This document shows, piece after piece, positions 23,701 through 36,047 of a stretch of 64,000 bases of DNA. The notes below the pieces were generated by a model. It made no database searches, was not told the DNA's origin, and saw only the letters and a program-made list of their open reading frames with translations. The stretch comes from Vicugna vicugna (Eukaryota). Numbering within the stretch: position 1 is the stretch's first letter; each line of letters begins with the position of its first letter. The translations under genes and the position numbers were made by a program. Where the stretch lies: NCBI GenBank assembly GCA_013265495.1, contig MU063101.1, forward strand, positions 3,458,276 to 3,522,275, read 5' to 3'.

Positions 23701-24534
23701 TCAATCTGAAGATGAAGAAACTCATGTTTAGCCACAGATCCTTCTTGTCACCCCAACAGTTTCCATCCGTCAGTTTTCTGCAGGTTTCTTCCGCTTTTCT
23801 CCAGTAGGAAGGATGCTGCTGCCTGGCATTTAGAATAGAGACTTTTGGACCTCTGACTTTGAATAGTAGGAAATGCAAAAGTTTGGTTTACCTGTCGGCA
23901 TAAACTTTTCATGGTGATGACAACAGTTATCAATCACGTCATTTGAATCAGAATGGGTTTTACCAGAACTTTCTGAGCTGCAGATGTTCTCTGTTTTTGT
24001 TTGTTTTTTTAAATAAAGGTCCCCGAAAATGTTTAGGATGGCAACATTTCTGGTCCATATTTGGCCAGAAGGAATAAGTGTTTGGGTTAACTGTTCACCA
24101 CTTCTTGCCTGCGCTAAGGCTGCCTTGAGGAAAGAAATGACAGGATGGTACTCTACTGCTAAAGAAAGGATCGGAAAGGACAGGAGTTGGCCGAGCAGGC
24201 GCATGTATATTCTGTCTTCTCCTCCCTCTTTTCCTGTGCTTTTTCCCCATCTCCATTTCCTTTCCCCTTTCCAGCCTCCCTGTCATGTATTCATCCATTC
24301 CACGAATATCGTGGGAGTGCTTGCTCTGTGTCAGGCCGCGGTCCAGAGCAGATACAGGAAGTGTGGAGGTGAACAAGCGACCTGTTTCTTAGGCTCCTGG
24401 GGCTCCCATTCTGATGGGGGCAAAGGCACCAGGCAGGGGATACTAAATGCATCAGATGATTTTTGGTAGTGACAGATGCCTCAAAGCACAGAAAACAAGC
24501 TCATGAGACAGAAAGCTGGAGCTAGTGATGGCAT

Positions 24535-24713
24535 CTGTGGTGTGCCAGCAAGGACAGATTGGACCCATTCCCCATGTTCAGTGATGTCATGTTAATATCC
24601 TGAGTTCAACCTGGATGGGAATATTTACACCATGGAAACTGGCAGGTGCTCCAAACCAGGCCCCCCTCTTCCCCACCAGAGCTGATCATTGAACATTTAC
24701 TAGAAAACTCCTG
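24535..24713 (+). mobile_element. hAT DNA transposon MITE, MER63-like
   Basis: CTGTGGTGTGCCAG ... CATGTTCAGTGATGTCATGTT ... GGGAATATTTACACCATGGAAACTGGCA ... AACATTTACTAGAAAACTCCTG; family name from recall. Confidence 0.6.
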
Positions 24714-25129
24714 GAAGGCATCTGGGAGGAGGTGACATTGATCTCACTTTTTATTGGAAACAACTTTCATTTTAAGTTTCAGCATGATCATCCAAGTCCC
24801 GTTTTTTTGGTATTTTTTTTCCCTCCCCTCCTCTTTGAATCACTTTATCTTAAAACATTCTTTTAAGGGTAATAGAAGTACAGGAACTACCTTGCTCAAT
24901 TATTTTTAATAGCATTTTGGAGATGACAGAGGAAAAATAAGGGAGAGAGAAAACCCGTAGGTACCTAAGGGACTGTTTTTCACAGGGCCTGGTCTGCAAA
25001 TGTGAGTGCTCCATTCCGAGTAGCTGTGGGGTTTATGGTTTCTCTCAACATCAGCTCCCTTTATTTTAACCTACTTTACCCTCTTGGGTGAGGCCTTTCC
25101 CTGCACTTTCTTGGGGGGAACTTCCCAAA

Positions 25130-25430
25130 TTTATCGATACGTATTACAAAAGCTGTTACCGCCTAACACATTAAATGTAGTTAAATTATTTGTTCTATTA
25201 AAATGTCAATGCATTGCTTGAATTTTAATTGTGCCCAAGGATCAATCATTGTAACAGCTGCAGGGAAGACTTTATGACTTACCTGAACAGTGGTATGTTC
25301 TGTGGCTTGGCTAAGTGAATACTTGGACTTTATTAGATTTTATTAGCTACTGAGGGTCATTTGAGTGGCTTCTGTTGGAGTTTTATTCTTGATATCAGTG
25401 ATGATTTACTCAGAGCCATTAGAAAAATAG
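25130..25430. promoter_or_regulatory. Candidate conserved enhancer with PBX-HOX/MEIS motifs
   Basis: Repeat-free; TGTCA 25204, ATCAATCA 25241-25248, TTTATGAC 25271-25278, TGATTTAC 25402-25409. Confidence 0.45.
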
Positions 25431-25479
25431 TTTCAGTGATGATAAAGATGATAGTAAACAGAATGTTAACCAATGTGTA

Positions 25480-25670
25480 TCAAGGACTTGCTATATTCCA
25501 TGCCTAGGTTTTGTGTGTGACTCCTCTTTTGAGCCTCATAGCAGCCCCGTGACATAGGTGGTGGGTTGTTTTAACTAATTACACACACAAGAAACTGCGG
25601 CACAGAGAGGTTGATTACCTGGCCCAAGAGCACACAGCTAGCGACATAAAGCCTGTGCTTTTAGCCCCCA
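25480..25670 (-). mobile_element. MIR fragment
   Basis: GAAACTGCGGCACAGAGAGGTTGATTACCTGGCCCAAGAGCACACAGCTAG. Confidence 0.8.
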
Positions 25671-25699
25671 GATCCTGCCAATATTCGTCCAAAGAGGAT

Positions 25700-25830
25700 T
25701 CGCTTTGTGTTTCAGGATTTGCATCCCGGCTCTGCCATTTAACCAGCCCTGATTTTTGGAAAATCCGTTTAACCTGAGAGTTCAGTTTCCTCAACTGCTA
25801 CCTGGGGGAAATTGATAGCACCTGCCTGCG
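25700..25830 (+). mobile_element. MIR fragment
   Basis: TTTGCATCCCGGCTCTGCCATTTAACCAGC ... TTTAACCTGAGAGTTCAGTTTCCTCAACTG. Confidence 0.7.
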
Positions 25831-26619
25831 AAGGCCCTTTGGGGGGCCCAGGAGATACACACAGCCCATCACTTCTCAGATATTAGCTGCTGCTCCTTTC
25901 CACATACAGAAGAACTGAGGATCACAGGAGATGATGTACTTAAGAGAGCCTGGCCTCGTGCGTGCCACTTGGATGGAACACAGATGCTAGTTCCTTTTCA
26001 ACTGTAACTATTTCAGCTTCTTGTTGCTAATATGATTTGACCACCACGCTACTGAATTTTCATGTGCATTTTTTTTGAAGTCTCAAATTGAAAGAGGATG
26101 TTTCTTAGGGAAAATGAACACTTTTGACTGTACAATATCAAGTTCATTCACAGTATCCCCTCTCGATTCTTCTACAAATGTTAATGACTTCAATGCTAAA
26201 GGAGATCTTTTAAAACATCCTTTAGAAGTATTTGCCTATAAATGAGACCTTTTCTAGATTTTGTTAAAAGTTGTCACTCACTGTGAAAGGGTATTAATGC
26301 ATTATTTACAAAAACTAATTAAAACTTCATGTCATTTCTTTGTTTACTTATTATTTTTATTCTCTATTAATGTAATTTATTACAGCAACAAATTAAACAA
26401 CAATTTTATGGTTCTATCAATGATGCCAAAAAGGCATTTGTTCCAATTCAGCAGTCACTGTAAAACCAGCCCACCAACCGGCCAAGTCACCAACCAAAAT
26501 AACAACAAATGCCACTAAGTAAACTAGAGAGAGACAGAAACTCTTCTAATATAGTCAAGGATGTTATTAAAAATCTACTGCAAGTATTTTGAACAGTGAA
26601 AGCACTAAATAGCGCTTTC

Positions 26620-27010
26620 CATTTAAATCAGAAGTACCCATCAATACTTATGTTGTTCTGGAACTTTTAGCAAATATAATAAGACCAAGAAAAGACTTAA
26701 ATAATGTGGAAAACCCAAAATGTTGTTCAGTTTTAAATTAGATAATTATAATGCTGGAGAAGCTAAAGTTTTGTAGTAAAAATTACTAACAACAAGATGA
26801 CATGAAGAGATGTTTAGACATAAGGCACATTTACACAAATCAACTGATTTCCCCTACAGTAGCAGTATTTAAAGAAGGAAATAGAAAAAAAAAAAGCTCC
26901 ATTCAAAATACTAGCCAAACTGTAAAATATTTAAGAATAAATTTAATAAGAGTAATTGAATAGCTGCATGAAGATTATATAACACATTGAAGGGCATTTT
27001 AAAAAATCAC
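26620..27010 (+). mobile_element. Highly degenerate L1 ORF2-region fragment
   Basis: ACACAAATCAACTGATTTCCCTACAGTAGCAG ... CCATTCAAAATACTAGCCAAACTGTAAAATATTTAAGAATAAATTTAATAAGAG resembles L1 ORF2 DNA. Confidence 0.55.
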
Positions 27011-27544
27011 CAAGTTTCTACGATGATACCGTATAATTTTGCCACAAAATATCAGCTAAAATGAGTCACTCAACAAAAGCTAAACTTTGAAGCAAGTGTA
27101 TTTTCCAGCTCATAATTATTTTTCCAAATAAACAGTGTTAGAACTTGGAGTTTTTGAACTAAAATGACACACTATGTTTTATCTTACGTATTCGTGGAAA
27201 CTTGCATTTCCAAGGAAGTAGAAAGAAAGCAGATTTAGAATTTAGTTGATTAAGTTTTTGGATTATGTTGTCTTAAACATACAGAAGAAACAAATGGGGA
27301 GCCACTGACAGTTATATTTCTTATCAGTGAGTCATTTTCACTTGGGATATGGGCTTGACCCTAAAAATGCTCTCTTACCAGAGATACCTTCTATGAGGCC
27401 CCATCTTCAACCCACCATGTTTTCCCTTCATAGAGGCTTCTGTTAAAGGTACTATTCATTCTGTTAAAGGAGCATGCTATCCTGTATTCACGTAGGAATT
27501 GGCTTATATTCCCATATGGTACTGTGTCTGAACACAAGTACATG

Positions 27545-27730
27545 GTTGATCTGTGTGGTGGTGTGGAAAGGTCTTGAGATTTGGAGTCATGACAGGTTTT
27601 GAAAACTCATAGTTAGCTCATAGTTGAAGCAAGCTGTCTAACTGGTTGGGAACTTTATTTCCTATTCCCCACGGAATAAAATGGGGATAATTGTCATTTC
27701 AGAGTTTGCATCAAAATTTAAATGAGATTA
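27545..27730 (+). mobile_element. MIR fragment
   Basis: GAGATTTGGAGTCATGACAGG ... AATAAAATGGGGATAATT ... AAATTTAAATGAGATTAG. Confidence 0.6.
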
Positions 27731-28025
27731 GTAGTCAGTGCACTTAAACAAGGCTCATTCATTCAAAGAGTGTATATTGGGCAACTTGGTTGATATAATG
27801 GGAAGTCTTGAGAAGTAGATGATCAGAAAGGTAGGTGTGGGCCCCGCCTTCATAGAACTTACACTGTAGGGACTGAAGATACTTGAGCAAAGCTATGAGT
27901 GCCAGGATCAGAGCCCCTCGCAGAAGCAGCGAACACTCTGAGGTTTAAGGAGACGTAAACCCAGCATCAAGCGCCATCGTTGACAATTCTCGGTGCCGCC
28001 CTTCACGCCAAGTTCCTTGACTTAC

Positions 28026-30525
28026 TGAAATGAGGTAATTGTAGATTTACATGCAGTTGTGAGAAATAATACAGAGACAGCTCTTGTATTTCCCCTAATG
28101 ATGACATTTTGCAAAACTAGTCTACAACCTCACAGACAGGATGTTGACATTGATAGAACCCACTGAACTTATTCAGATTTCCCATTTTCCTTGTACTCAG
28201 TTGTGCCTGCGTGTGTCTGTTTAGTTTCATACAGTTTCATCAGATATGTAGATTGCTGTATCCATGACCACAGCAAGATACTGCACAGCACATCGTCATC
28301 AGGATGCCTCGTAGTGCCCTTCCAAACCACACCCATGTCCCTTCTGCCCCTGACCCATCCCTAACCCCTGGCAACTACCAATTGGTTCTCCATTTCTAGA
28401 ATGTTGTCATTCCCCAAAATACTCTATAAATGGAGACGTACAGCATGTGACCGTTTGAGGACTGACTTCTTTCACTCAGTATAATATCCCCCAGAGGTTC
28501 ATCCAAATGACTGCATGTGTCAGTAGTTTGTTCATTTTTACTGTTGACTAGTATTCCATGGAGCATTATATATAAGCCAGAGTCTGGGTAATTATTCCCT
28601 GATCAAAGGAAATCTCAGATGGTTCTAGTCTTTACTTTTAAGAGTAAAGCTATTATAAGTATTCAGGTACAGGTTTTTGTGTGAACACAAGTTTTCATTT
28701 CTCAGGGATAAATGCCCATGTGTGCAATTGATGGTTTGTATGGTAACTACATGTTTAGTTTTATAAGACATTGTCAAAGTGTTTCTGTATCATTTTCCAT
28801 CCTGACCAGCAAGTTATCAGTAATTCAGCTTCTCTGTATCCTCACCAGCAGTTGGTATTGTTGCTATTTTTCATTTTAGCCATTCTGGTAAGTGTGTAGC
28901 GGTATCTTCTGGGTTTTAATTTGCATTTTCCTGATAGCTGATGATGTTGATCACGTTTTCATTTGTCTGTTTGCCATCTGGATCTCCTCCAGTGAAACGT
29001 CTATTCATGACTTCTCTCATTTTCTAATTGAATTGTTTATTTTATTGCTGTGGATTTTTTTTAAGTTCTTTATATATTTTAGATACTAGTTCTTTGTTGT
29101 GGTTTGCAAATATATTCTTTCATTCTGTAGCTTGTCTTTTCTTCCTTTTCACTTGGGCTTTCGCAAAGGAAACGTTTTTCATTCTCATAAGGTTCAATTT
29201 AGTAATTTTTCCTTTTGTGCATCAACTTCCTGTTGTCAAAGTTTGCCAAGTCCTAAATCCTAAGTAATTTCTCTTGTTTTCCTGCCCTAAAGTTTTATAA
29301 TTTTACATTTATACATATGTCCATGATACATCTTTTGTTAATTTTAGTATAAGCTGTAAAGTTGGCCAAAGGTCGTATTTTTTTNNNNNNNNNNNNNNNN
29401 NNNNNNNNNNNNNNNNNNNNNNNNNNNNNNNNNNNNNNNNNNNNNNNNNNNNNNNNNNNNNNNNNNNNNNNNNNNNNNNNNNNNNNNNNNNNNNNNNNNN
29501 NNNNNNNNNNNNNNNNNNNNNNNNNNNNNNNNNNNNNNNNNNNNNNNATTATACACTCTCCTGATTATTGTAACTAAGTTATCTTGATATTAAGTAGAGT
29601 GATTCCTCCTACTGTATTCTTTTTTATAAAGACTCCTTGAGGTGTTCTAATATCTGTGCTTTTTTCATATAAACTTTAGAATAAACTTGTCTATGGTTAC
29701 CCAAAACCTTGCTGTAGTTTTGACAGGAATCGCATTAAACCTATAGATCAGTTTGGGGAGAGCTGACATCTTTACTCTGCCACGGACATGGTGTGATACT
29801 CTGTTTATTTCATGTACACCTGATGAGTATATACCTAAGTATTTCATTTTTTTTGAAGCGACTGTCAATGACATTCTGTTTTTCATTTAGATTTCCACAT
29901 GTTCATTGTTGATTTATAGAAATGTGACTGAGTTTTTTGTTTTGATCTTTTGACTTTGCTGAACTCATTTGTGAGTTCTAGGAGTGTTTTGTTTTGGTTT
30001 GGTCTGTTTGGAGATTCCTTGCGATATAGCCAATCTTTTCCTATGCAGAGAGAGTTTTATTTCTTCCTTTTCACTATATATGCCTTTTATTTCTTTTCCT
30101 TGCCTTATTGCAGTGGTTAGAATTTCCTGTACTATATTGAATGAGAGTGATGAGAAAAGACATCCTTGCCTTGGTCCTGATCCTAAAGGGGGAAATCATT
30201 TACTATTTCACAATTAAATGTGATGCCATGTATAGGGTCTTTTTTTTTTTAAAGATGTACTTTATTAAGCTGAAGTGATTCTCCTCTAGTCCTAATTCAC
30301 TAAGAGTTTTTTTTAATTATGAATGTTTTTTAGATTTTGTCAAATGCTTTTTCTGTCTCAGTTGATATGATCATATGAGTTGTCTTCTCAGCTTGTTGCT
30401 GTGGTGCATTACATTGATTGGTTTTTGAATGCTGCACCAGCCTTGCATACCTGGGATAAATCCTACTCATAGTATATAAGTCTATTTATTGCATTGTTAG
30501 ATTCAATTTGCTAATGTTTTGTTAA
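28026..30525 (-). mobile_element. L1MC-type LINE, about 2.5 kb 3' portion (3' UTR plus degenerate ORF2 C-terminus), with an internal N-run
   Basis: 3' end TGAGGTAATTGTAGATTTACATGCAGTTGTGAGAAATAATACAGAGA. ORF 29665-29886(-) contains KMSALPKLIYRFNAIPVK...DKFILKFI, the L1 ORF2 motif. N at 29385-29547. Confidence 0.9.
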
Positions 30526-32319
30526 TAGTCACTGACTCTTATTCAGCAAACATCCATCTCAGCGCAGTGCCTCACACGCAGAAGATACTTAGTAAATATT
30601 TGTTGGTTGGGCTCCATTTTTGTGGTTAGGAGGGTGTGAGAGTGGCATAGCTCCCTGCTTAGGGGCTGGTCTCTACTGGGTTCCCATCAGCTACTGTGGA
30701 GTGCAGCCTGAGTTGCATAAAAAAAACAGTGAGCGTTTAGTTTCACGTCTCATAAATAACCTGCCTGCCTATATTTTAGTGTGTACTTCTCCCTCAGTTG
30801 GCATTCAGCCACAGAGTGCATTTAGGCCCACAGCCACTGGGCTAGGGCAGAGGGCCAGATGACTGGTCTTGGTCTCACACTGCTTAGTATATACCACTCA
30901 GTTCCAAAGGCATGAATGCCCCCTCTACGTGCAGTCAGCCATCTTGCAAAATGAGTGTTGAGTACAGGATTCATATAAGAGATTCGGATCCATCCATCCA
31001 TCCATTTATCCACCCATTCATGCCACTGGAAAAGGGATCTTCACCTACCATTGACTGGTAACACCACATCTGTGGGGGAAAAAAGGAGCCCTTTATATTT
31101 GCTCTGGGAACCCTGATAAGACATACTTTCCTGGTCAAGGACTTTCCTCTCTGATGAGGCCCCTCATTTTAAGATAACTGAGCAGATGCACAGATGTGAG
31201 TCATTGATGATGGTCCTGTTTCACCAAGACTGGTTCTCTTCGGGCTACCTATAGTAGAAGATGAAACGTGGAAACTCCTCTTGTTACTGGTGGAAGAGAT
31301 CCTTTCCCAAACCATAGATTAATGGAACTACCGAAGAGCAGCTCTGAACTTTGGCCTTCAATGCCTTCATTTTTCCGGATGATGAAATTTGCACTATATG
31401 TGGCATGTTGGTTTATTTCTGATTCATGCATCAGGAACTTGGAGATAAAACTTATTAATAAGTAATAACTATATAGTGTAAGAATAGGGCAAATGAGATG
31501 CCTACTGGTACCAGGCAGGTGGAATAAAGGAATGAAGTTGTCTGTGTATGAGATTATAAATGGCACTCCACCTGGGTCCCTAGTGTGTAGAAAACAGTAG
31601 AAGGAGTCAAGGATTGTTTCCATGCCCTGTCTCTAGGGGCAGCCATTATTAAACTCCAGCTGAATGTTGCCAAGTGGAAATCTGTCCAATTTCGCCAGAA
31701 CTTCTGATTTTGCCAGATATTTGCCAGATATTTATATTTTTTTAAAAAATATAGAATCATCCAATTTTTAAACATTGGCAATGAATTCACTGCATGAGCC
31801 AACCTGGAGCGAGTCAAATTAAATCCATCTACAGGCCAGATTCACCCTGCAGGACCTCATTTTGCCATCACTGATGTAGAAGACGTTTTCACCCTAACTG
31901 TTCCCATTTCCCCCTCATTTGAGGCTTTGTACGACATTCCACAGGATTGATTTCTCCTGCTTGAAGTTAGTCATTTTACAAAAGTCAACCTGCTATTGGC
32001 ACATTTATTAAATGTATAAATCTATCCCTTTCATCTTAAAGAGGAAGGACTAATTTCCCCCAAACACGCATGCCCTGCTTTTCTATATATTATAGTTAAC
32101 TGTAAAAGTGGCACTACCTCCTAAATACCCAGAGCCACCAGTCATCTGAAATCTGGAACATTCTTTCCTGCAATTGTTGACTTGGCACTGCCTTTGAGGT
32201 TTCTTCCCAACGAAGAGTCATCCTTTGCGGTGAGCACCTGGAGCTCATTAAAAACAGGTCAAGCAGGTGTTGGAGAGACACTCCCAAATCCGTAGGTCCT
32301 CATTTCTCCCAGACACAAG

Positions 32320-32695
32320 GAGCGCACGTGCCTTGTCGTGGGTTGCACTGGGCCACACACTCCCCAGCCTTGGCGGGGGGTTAGGGAGGGAGAGGACAGC
32401 GACCAAGAGCGCTCGTTCCGCACGACGAGTACCAGGCTGAACGCATGGTCCCGCATGTGGCCACTGAGCATCTGAGCGCTGGTTTCAGGCTCATCGGAAA
32501 TAGTGATGTGGTTATCTTGAGATTCAGAAGTGGACCGCTGAGTACTGACGGTCTGCTTGCGGACTGTATGCTTGCCCTGCTGAAAGAAGGCGGAACGTGG
32601 AGACCACGCCTGCAGCGCAAGGAAGGAAATCGCGCGATGTTTGGTGTTGCGGGCGCGCGCGTCTCAGAACAGCCTGCAGGGGGCGCTGACAGGTC
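32320..32695. promoter_or_regulatory. Orphan CpG island
   Basis: About 30 CpG counted by hand in about 370 bp, GC-rich; CACGTG 32325-32330, palindrome ATCGCGCGAT 32629-32638, (CG)4 at 32654-32661. Confidence 0.65.
32670..32688 (+). promoter_or_regulatory. CTCF motif
   Basis: CAGCCTGCAGGGGGCGCTG versus consensus TGGCCACCAGGGGGCGCTA; the CAGGGGGCGCT core is perfect. Confidence 0.7.
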
Positions 32696-33789
32696 CCTGT
32701 CCCCTTAGTGCTGCCTCATGGGTCTGTTTGATCCCAGAGTTCTTGTAACTGCAAGAAAAATCCTGGCTTCCTGCCTTGATCTGGAAGTTTTGACTCTCGT
32801 GTGATGATACTTCTCTTCTCCGTGGTTTGGGGATTGCCTTCATTTATCTTTTCCGTCGGTTTAGCTGTGAAATATCACATGTGAATAGCTGAGGGTATCT
32901 AGGTTGGGTCTTAAAAAGGCAGCAAAGTCTCCCTATAGTAAGGGAGAAAAACTCAATTTTGTTGTCACCAGATTAATCATAAGCTGGGGATCATAGGAGG
33001 CCTTGCTCCTACCATACAGCTTGCGTTCTTCCCTCCAGTACCATCAAGGAGTTGGTCTTCCACCTTTTCCAGAGAATGAGAGGTGGTTATTAGTAATTTC
33101 ACTTCTCTCAGCCCCGCCTTGGAACCTCTGTTTGCATCCCTCCACTGTGGGAGGTCAGGGGCCCCAAGGAGCAGGATTCGCTGACCCATATTGACAGATC
33201 AGATGATGGATGGGGCAGAGCAGGGTGCAGGCTGACTGGACCAGAGCAGAAATCTGGGCTGAACAGGCTTCCTCCTGAATTAAGAGCAGAAGAGAGGTCT
33301 GGGGCAAAACCATGTGGCAGAAACTCGCGCTTTAAAAACAACCGACCAGCCCTGCCTACTGAGCGCGGAAACCTGAACTGGTCCAGAGTGCAGACTGCTG
33401 TCCTGCCCCTCAGCAGATTCCAGCGCCTTCCATGTGTAGGGGAGGGGCCAGCACTGGGGCGAGGATGGAGACAGCTCCTGGGAGCTCACGTCCAGGGAGA
33501 CAGATTCCTGAGAAGTTTCGGTCCGTTCTTGCATTAAAAGCAGGGATGGAAGTGGGCCCAGGGTTCAGGAGGCAGTGGAAAGAGGGGACTGCTCCTAGCC
33601 TGAGAGCATCAGGGGAGGCTTCCTGGAGGAGGTGACCCTGGGGAAAAGGAAATTACAGGCTAGCTAGATGAAGCTGGAAAAGAAGGCCTGCTAGGCAGCA
33701 TACACCCCTTGAGCAAAGGCCTGGCTTCTCTGAAGCACAAGGCAAGAAAACCCAAAATCTGCTGAGAATATGCTGTGTGTCAGAAGCTT

Positions 33790-33930
33790 CCTATATTTTT
33801 CATTTCACCTCCTAAAAATCCCACTTGAGGAGGAGGAAACTGAGACAGAGTGAAGTAGAGCGGCTGGCTAAGAATTTCCAGTGGTGGGATTTGAACCCTG
33901 CCCCATCTGGCTTCCCTCTCCAGCTTTGAA
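33790..33930 (-). mobile_element. MIR fragment
   Basis: GAGGAAACTGAGACAGAGTGAAGTAG ... GGTGGGATTTGAACCCTGCCCCATCTGGCTTCC. Confidence 0.75.
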
Positions 33931-34818
33931 AGGCCCCTATACAACTTTTCTGGAAGGTCTAGAGTCACATCAGTCATTCTGAGCAGCGCTTTCAGTGAGA
34001 GGGAAGCCAGGCAGAGTCCTTCTCCATCTGCGAGTGTTTACTTAGGGGTTGGGGAGATGTCCTCGGGTAGTGGCTTCTGCCATTATATGTAGCTCCAGGG
34101 AACAGCCCACAGAAATGCATTTTGGGAATTCAGGTTGTGTGTTAGGCTGAGCTGCAACACTGATCGTCACTGCGCACCATCAGTTACCTCGCCGAATAGC
34201 AATAAGAGCCTGTACCTTTTGCTGTACCTGCATTAATCGTCGGTTGGGAATCACAGAAGACCTTAACTTCATCGTGTACCCGGCTCTGTTCCTCCCAAGA
34301 CTATTTAGAAATCAGCTCAAGCTGACTTTCCTATCATCTGTTTTTGTTTTGATTTGTTTTCAGTGCCTGTTCTTTCAGGATGATGCATTCAAATAAAGGA
34401 CAGGTTGTAACAGACGCTCAAGGGAGATGCTCTGGGCCAAGTTACATCGCCTAAGTTTTGAATGGTTTTCCCAGGGCTGTTGATAGGTCAGGCTGGACCG
34501 TCCACATCATTGTCCTGTCATCCTGAGGCTAGCCATGGCTGTGCTCTATAAACACGTAGCATTTGGGAGAAAAGAGAGAAAAGTGTCCTGCCCCACTCCA
34601 GAGAAACCTGGTTCCCTTGGGCCCCTGTTCTAACCAGCTGAGTTGAAGCATCACAGGTGATTTTCAAATAACAGGTTCCCATTTGATCAATGTCAAAGCC
34701 CTACATGGTGTGAAACGTAGGCATCTTGGGTCTTGCCACTGTAAATCAGCACCCACTCACTCCTCTGCATTTAATCTAGTGTGACAGGCATTTATTTATT
34801 GTCAACTGGACAGTGACC

Positions 34819-34831
34819 AGGTCACTGACCC
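34819..34831 (+). promoter_or_regulatory. Perfect IR1 nuclear-receptor element (FXR/RXR-type)
   Basis: AGGTCA-C-TGACCC matches RGGTCAnTGACCY; an extra TGACC half-site lies immediately 5'. Binding is untested. Confidence 0.45.
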
Positions 34832-35624
34832 ACTGGCAATGTTGCCTCGTGTTCCCTATTTGAATTTTTTTTTTCCAGACAAAACGGAAGATCCTGCTTC
34901 TTCCTGTCTTTTCTCTCTGACTTCAACTCCCATCTCTCCTTTTTTGCCCTCCTCCATCTGCAGCACTGGCTCTGTGCTACATTTGCTTAGCTAATCCACC
35001 GCTCAAGGAGCGATGTGGATCTGGACATATTAACAGATAAAACTCTCTTCCCCAAAAAAGGTTAATTCAATCAAAAGGATGTAACTGCTCTTTTTTGGAA
35101 ACGATGGGCAAAGTAAATGGCAGAATTGTGTTCACTGTATTTAGGGAAACTAAAAAGCTTGCAACATCTGAAAAAGAGAGCCCTTTTGCAGAAGGCTGTG
35201 CACGGTAAAGCGACCATCTGTAGTTTGCTGTTCGGTACTTTTGGGCGAACTTGGATGGAACCAGTTGCACCGATTTGCATGTTTTGGGATTCTTTTGATT
35301 CTGAGGAGAGCTGCTTTTCAAGGCCTGATGGACCTTCGAACGTGAGCTCTGAAATTCATATTACACTCGTAGCTTTTACAAGGTCAATCCAAAATACAGG
35401 CTTTCAGTGCTAATTTTCTTGGTGAATATATGTCATGGATTTTGTTTAAAAAAAAAAAGAAAAAAGAAATGAACAAACAAAATATAGTCTTTGCTCTGAC
35501 ATCTGACATTTGGTAGTTAGACAAGAATTTTCAGTGTCATAGTGCCATGCTTATTTCAAAAGATAGATTCATCCGTGCCTTCATCCAGACGTTGGGTTCT
35601 GGACTCATCTAGACTTCACAGTAG

Positions 35625-35865
35625 GGGTCAGCAGACTTTTGCTTAAAAACCCAGAAAGTAGAGTTTAGAGTTTTCAGTCTAAGAGACAAAAATAGACGCT
35701 ATTAAAATAGAAGTAAGTAGTCATTTAACCCTTTAAAAATGTAAAAAAAAAAATCATTCCTAGATTGTAGACAGTTAAAAAAAAGTAAACAAACAACAAA
35801 ACAATAGCAAAAGCAGACAGCTGGCTGGATTTGGCCTGCCTGCCAGAGATAACAGGCCCCTCATC
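35625..35865 (+). mobile_element. hAT-Charlie MITE, MER58-family-like
   Basis: GGGGTCAGCAGACTTTT ... AAAAATGTAAAAAAAAAAATCATTCCTAG ... GCTGGCTGGATTTGGCCTGCCTGCC. Confidence 0.55.
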
Positions 35866-35874
35866 TAGAGGATC

Positions 35875-36047
35875 TACAGCTGTGTGTATCAAACTATAAT
35901 GTGCACACGGATCACTTAAGGATCCTCCTAAAAGTGCAGAATTAGATTCAGGATGTCTGCAATGGAACGTGAATAGGGCATCCCTAACAGGCTCCCAGGA
36001 GATGCTAATTTGGCTGCTCCATGGGCTACATTTTGAATAGAGAGGAT
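35875..36047 (+). mobile_element. MER5-family (MER5B-like) DNA transposon
   Basis: TCAAACTATAATGTGCACACGGATCACTT ... GATTCAGGATGTCTG ... CCCTAACAGGCTCCCAGGAGATGCTAAT ... CTACATTTTGAATAG. Confidence 0.7.

Noticed and set aside
29665-29886. ORF with a recognisable LPKLIYRFNAIP motif
   Set aside because: It is a degenerate L1 ORF2 remnant, not a host gene; reported under the L1MC element.
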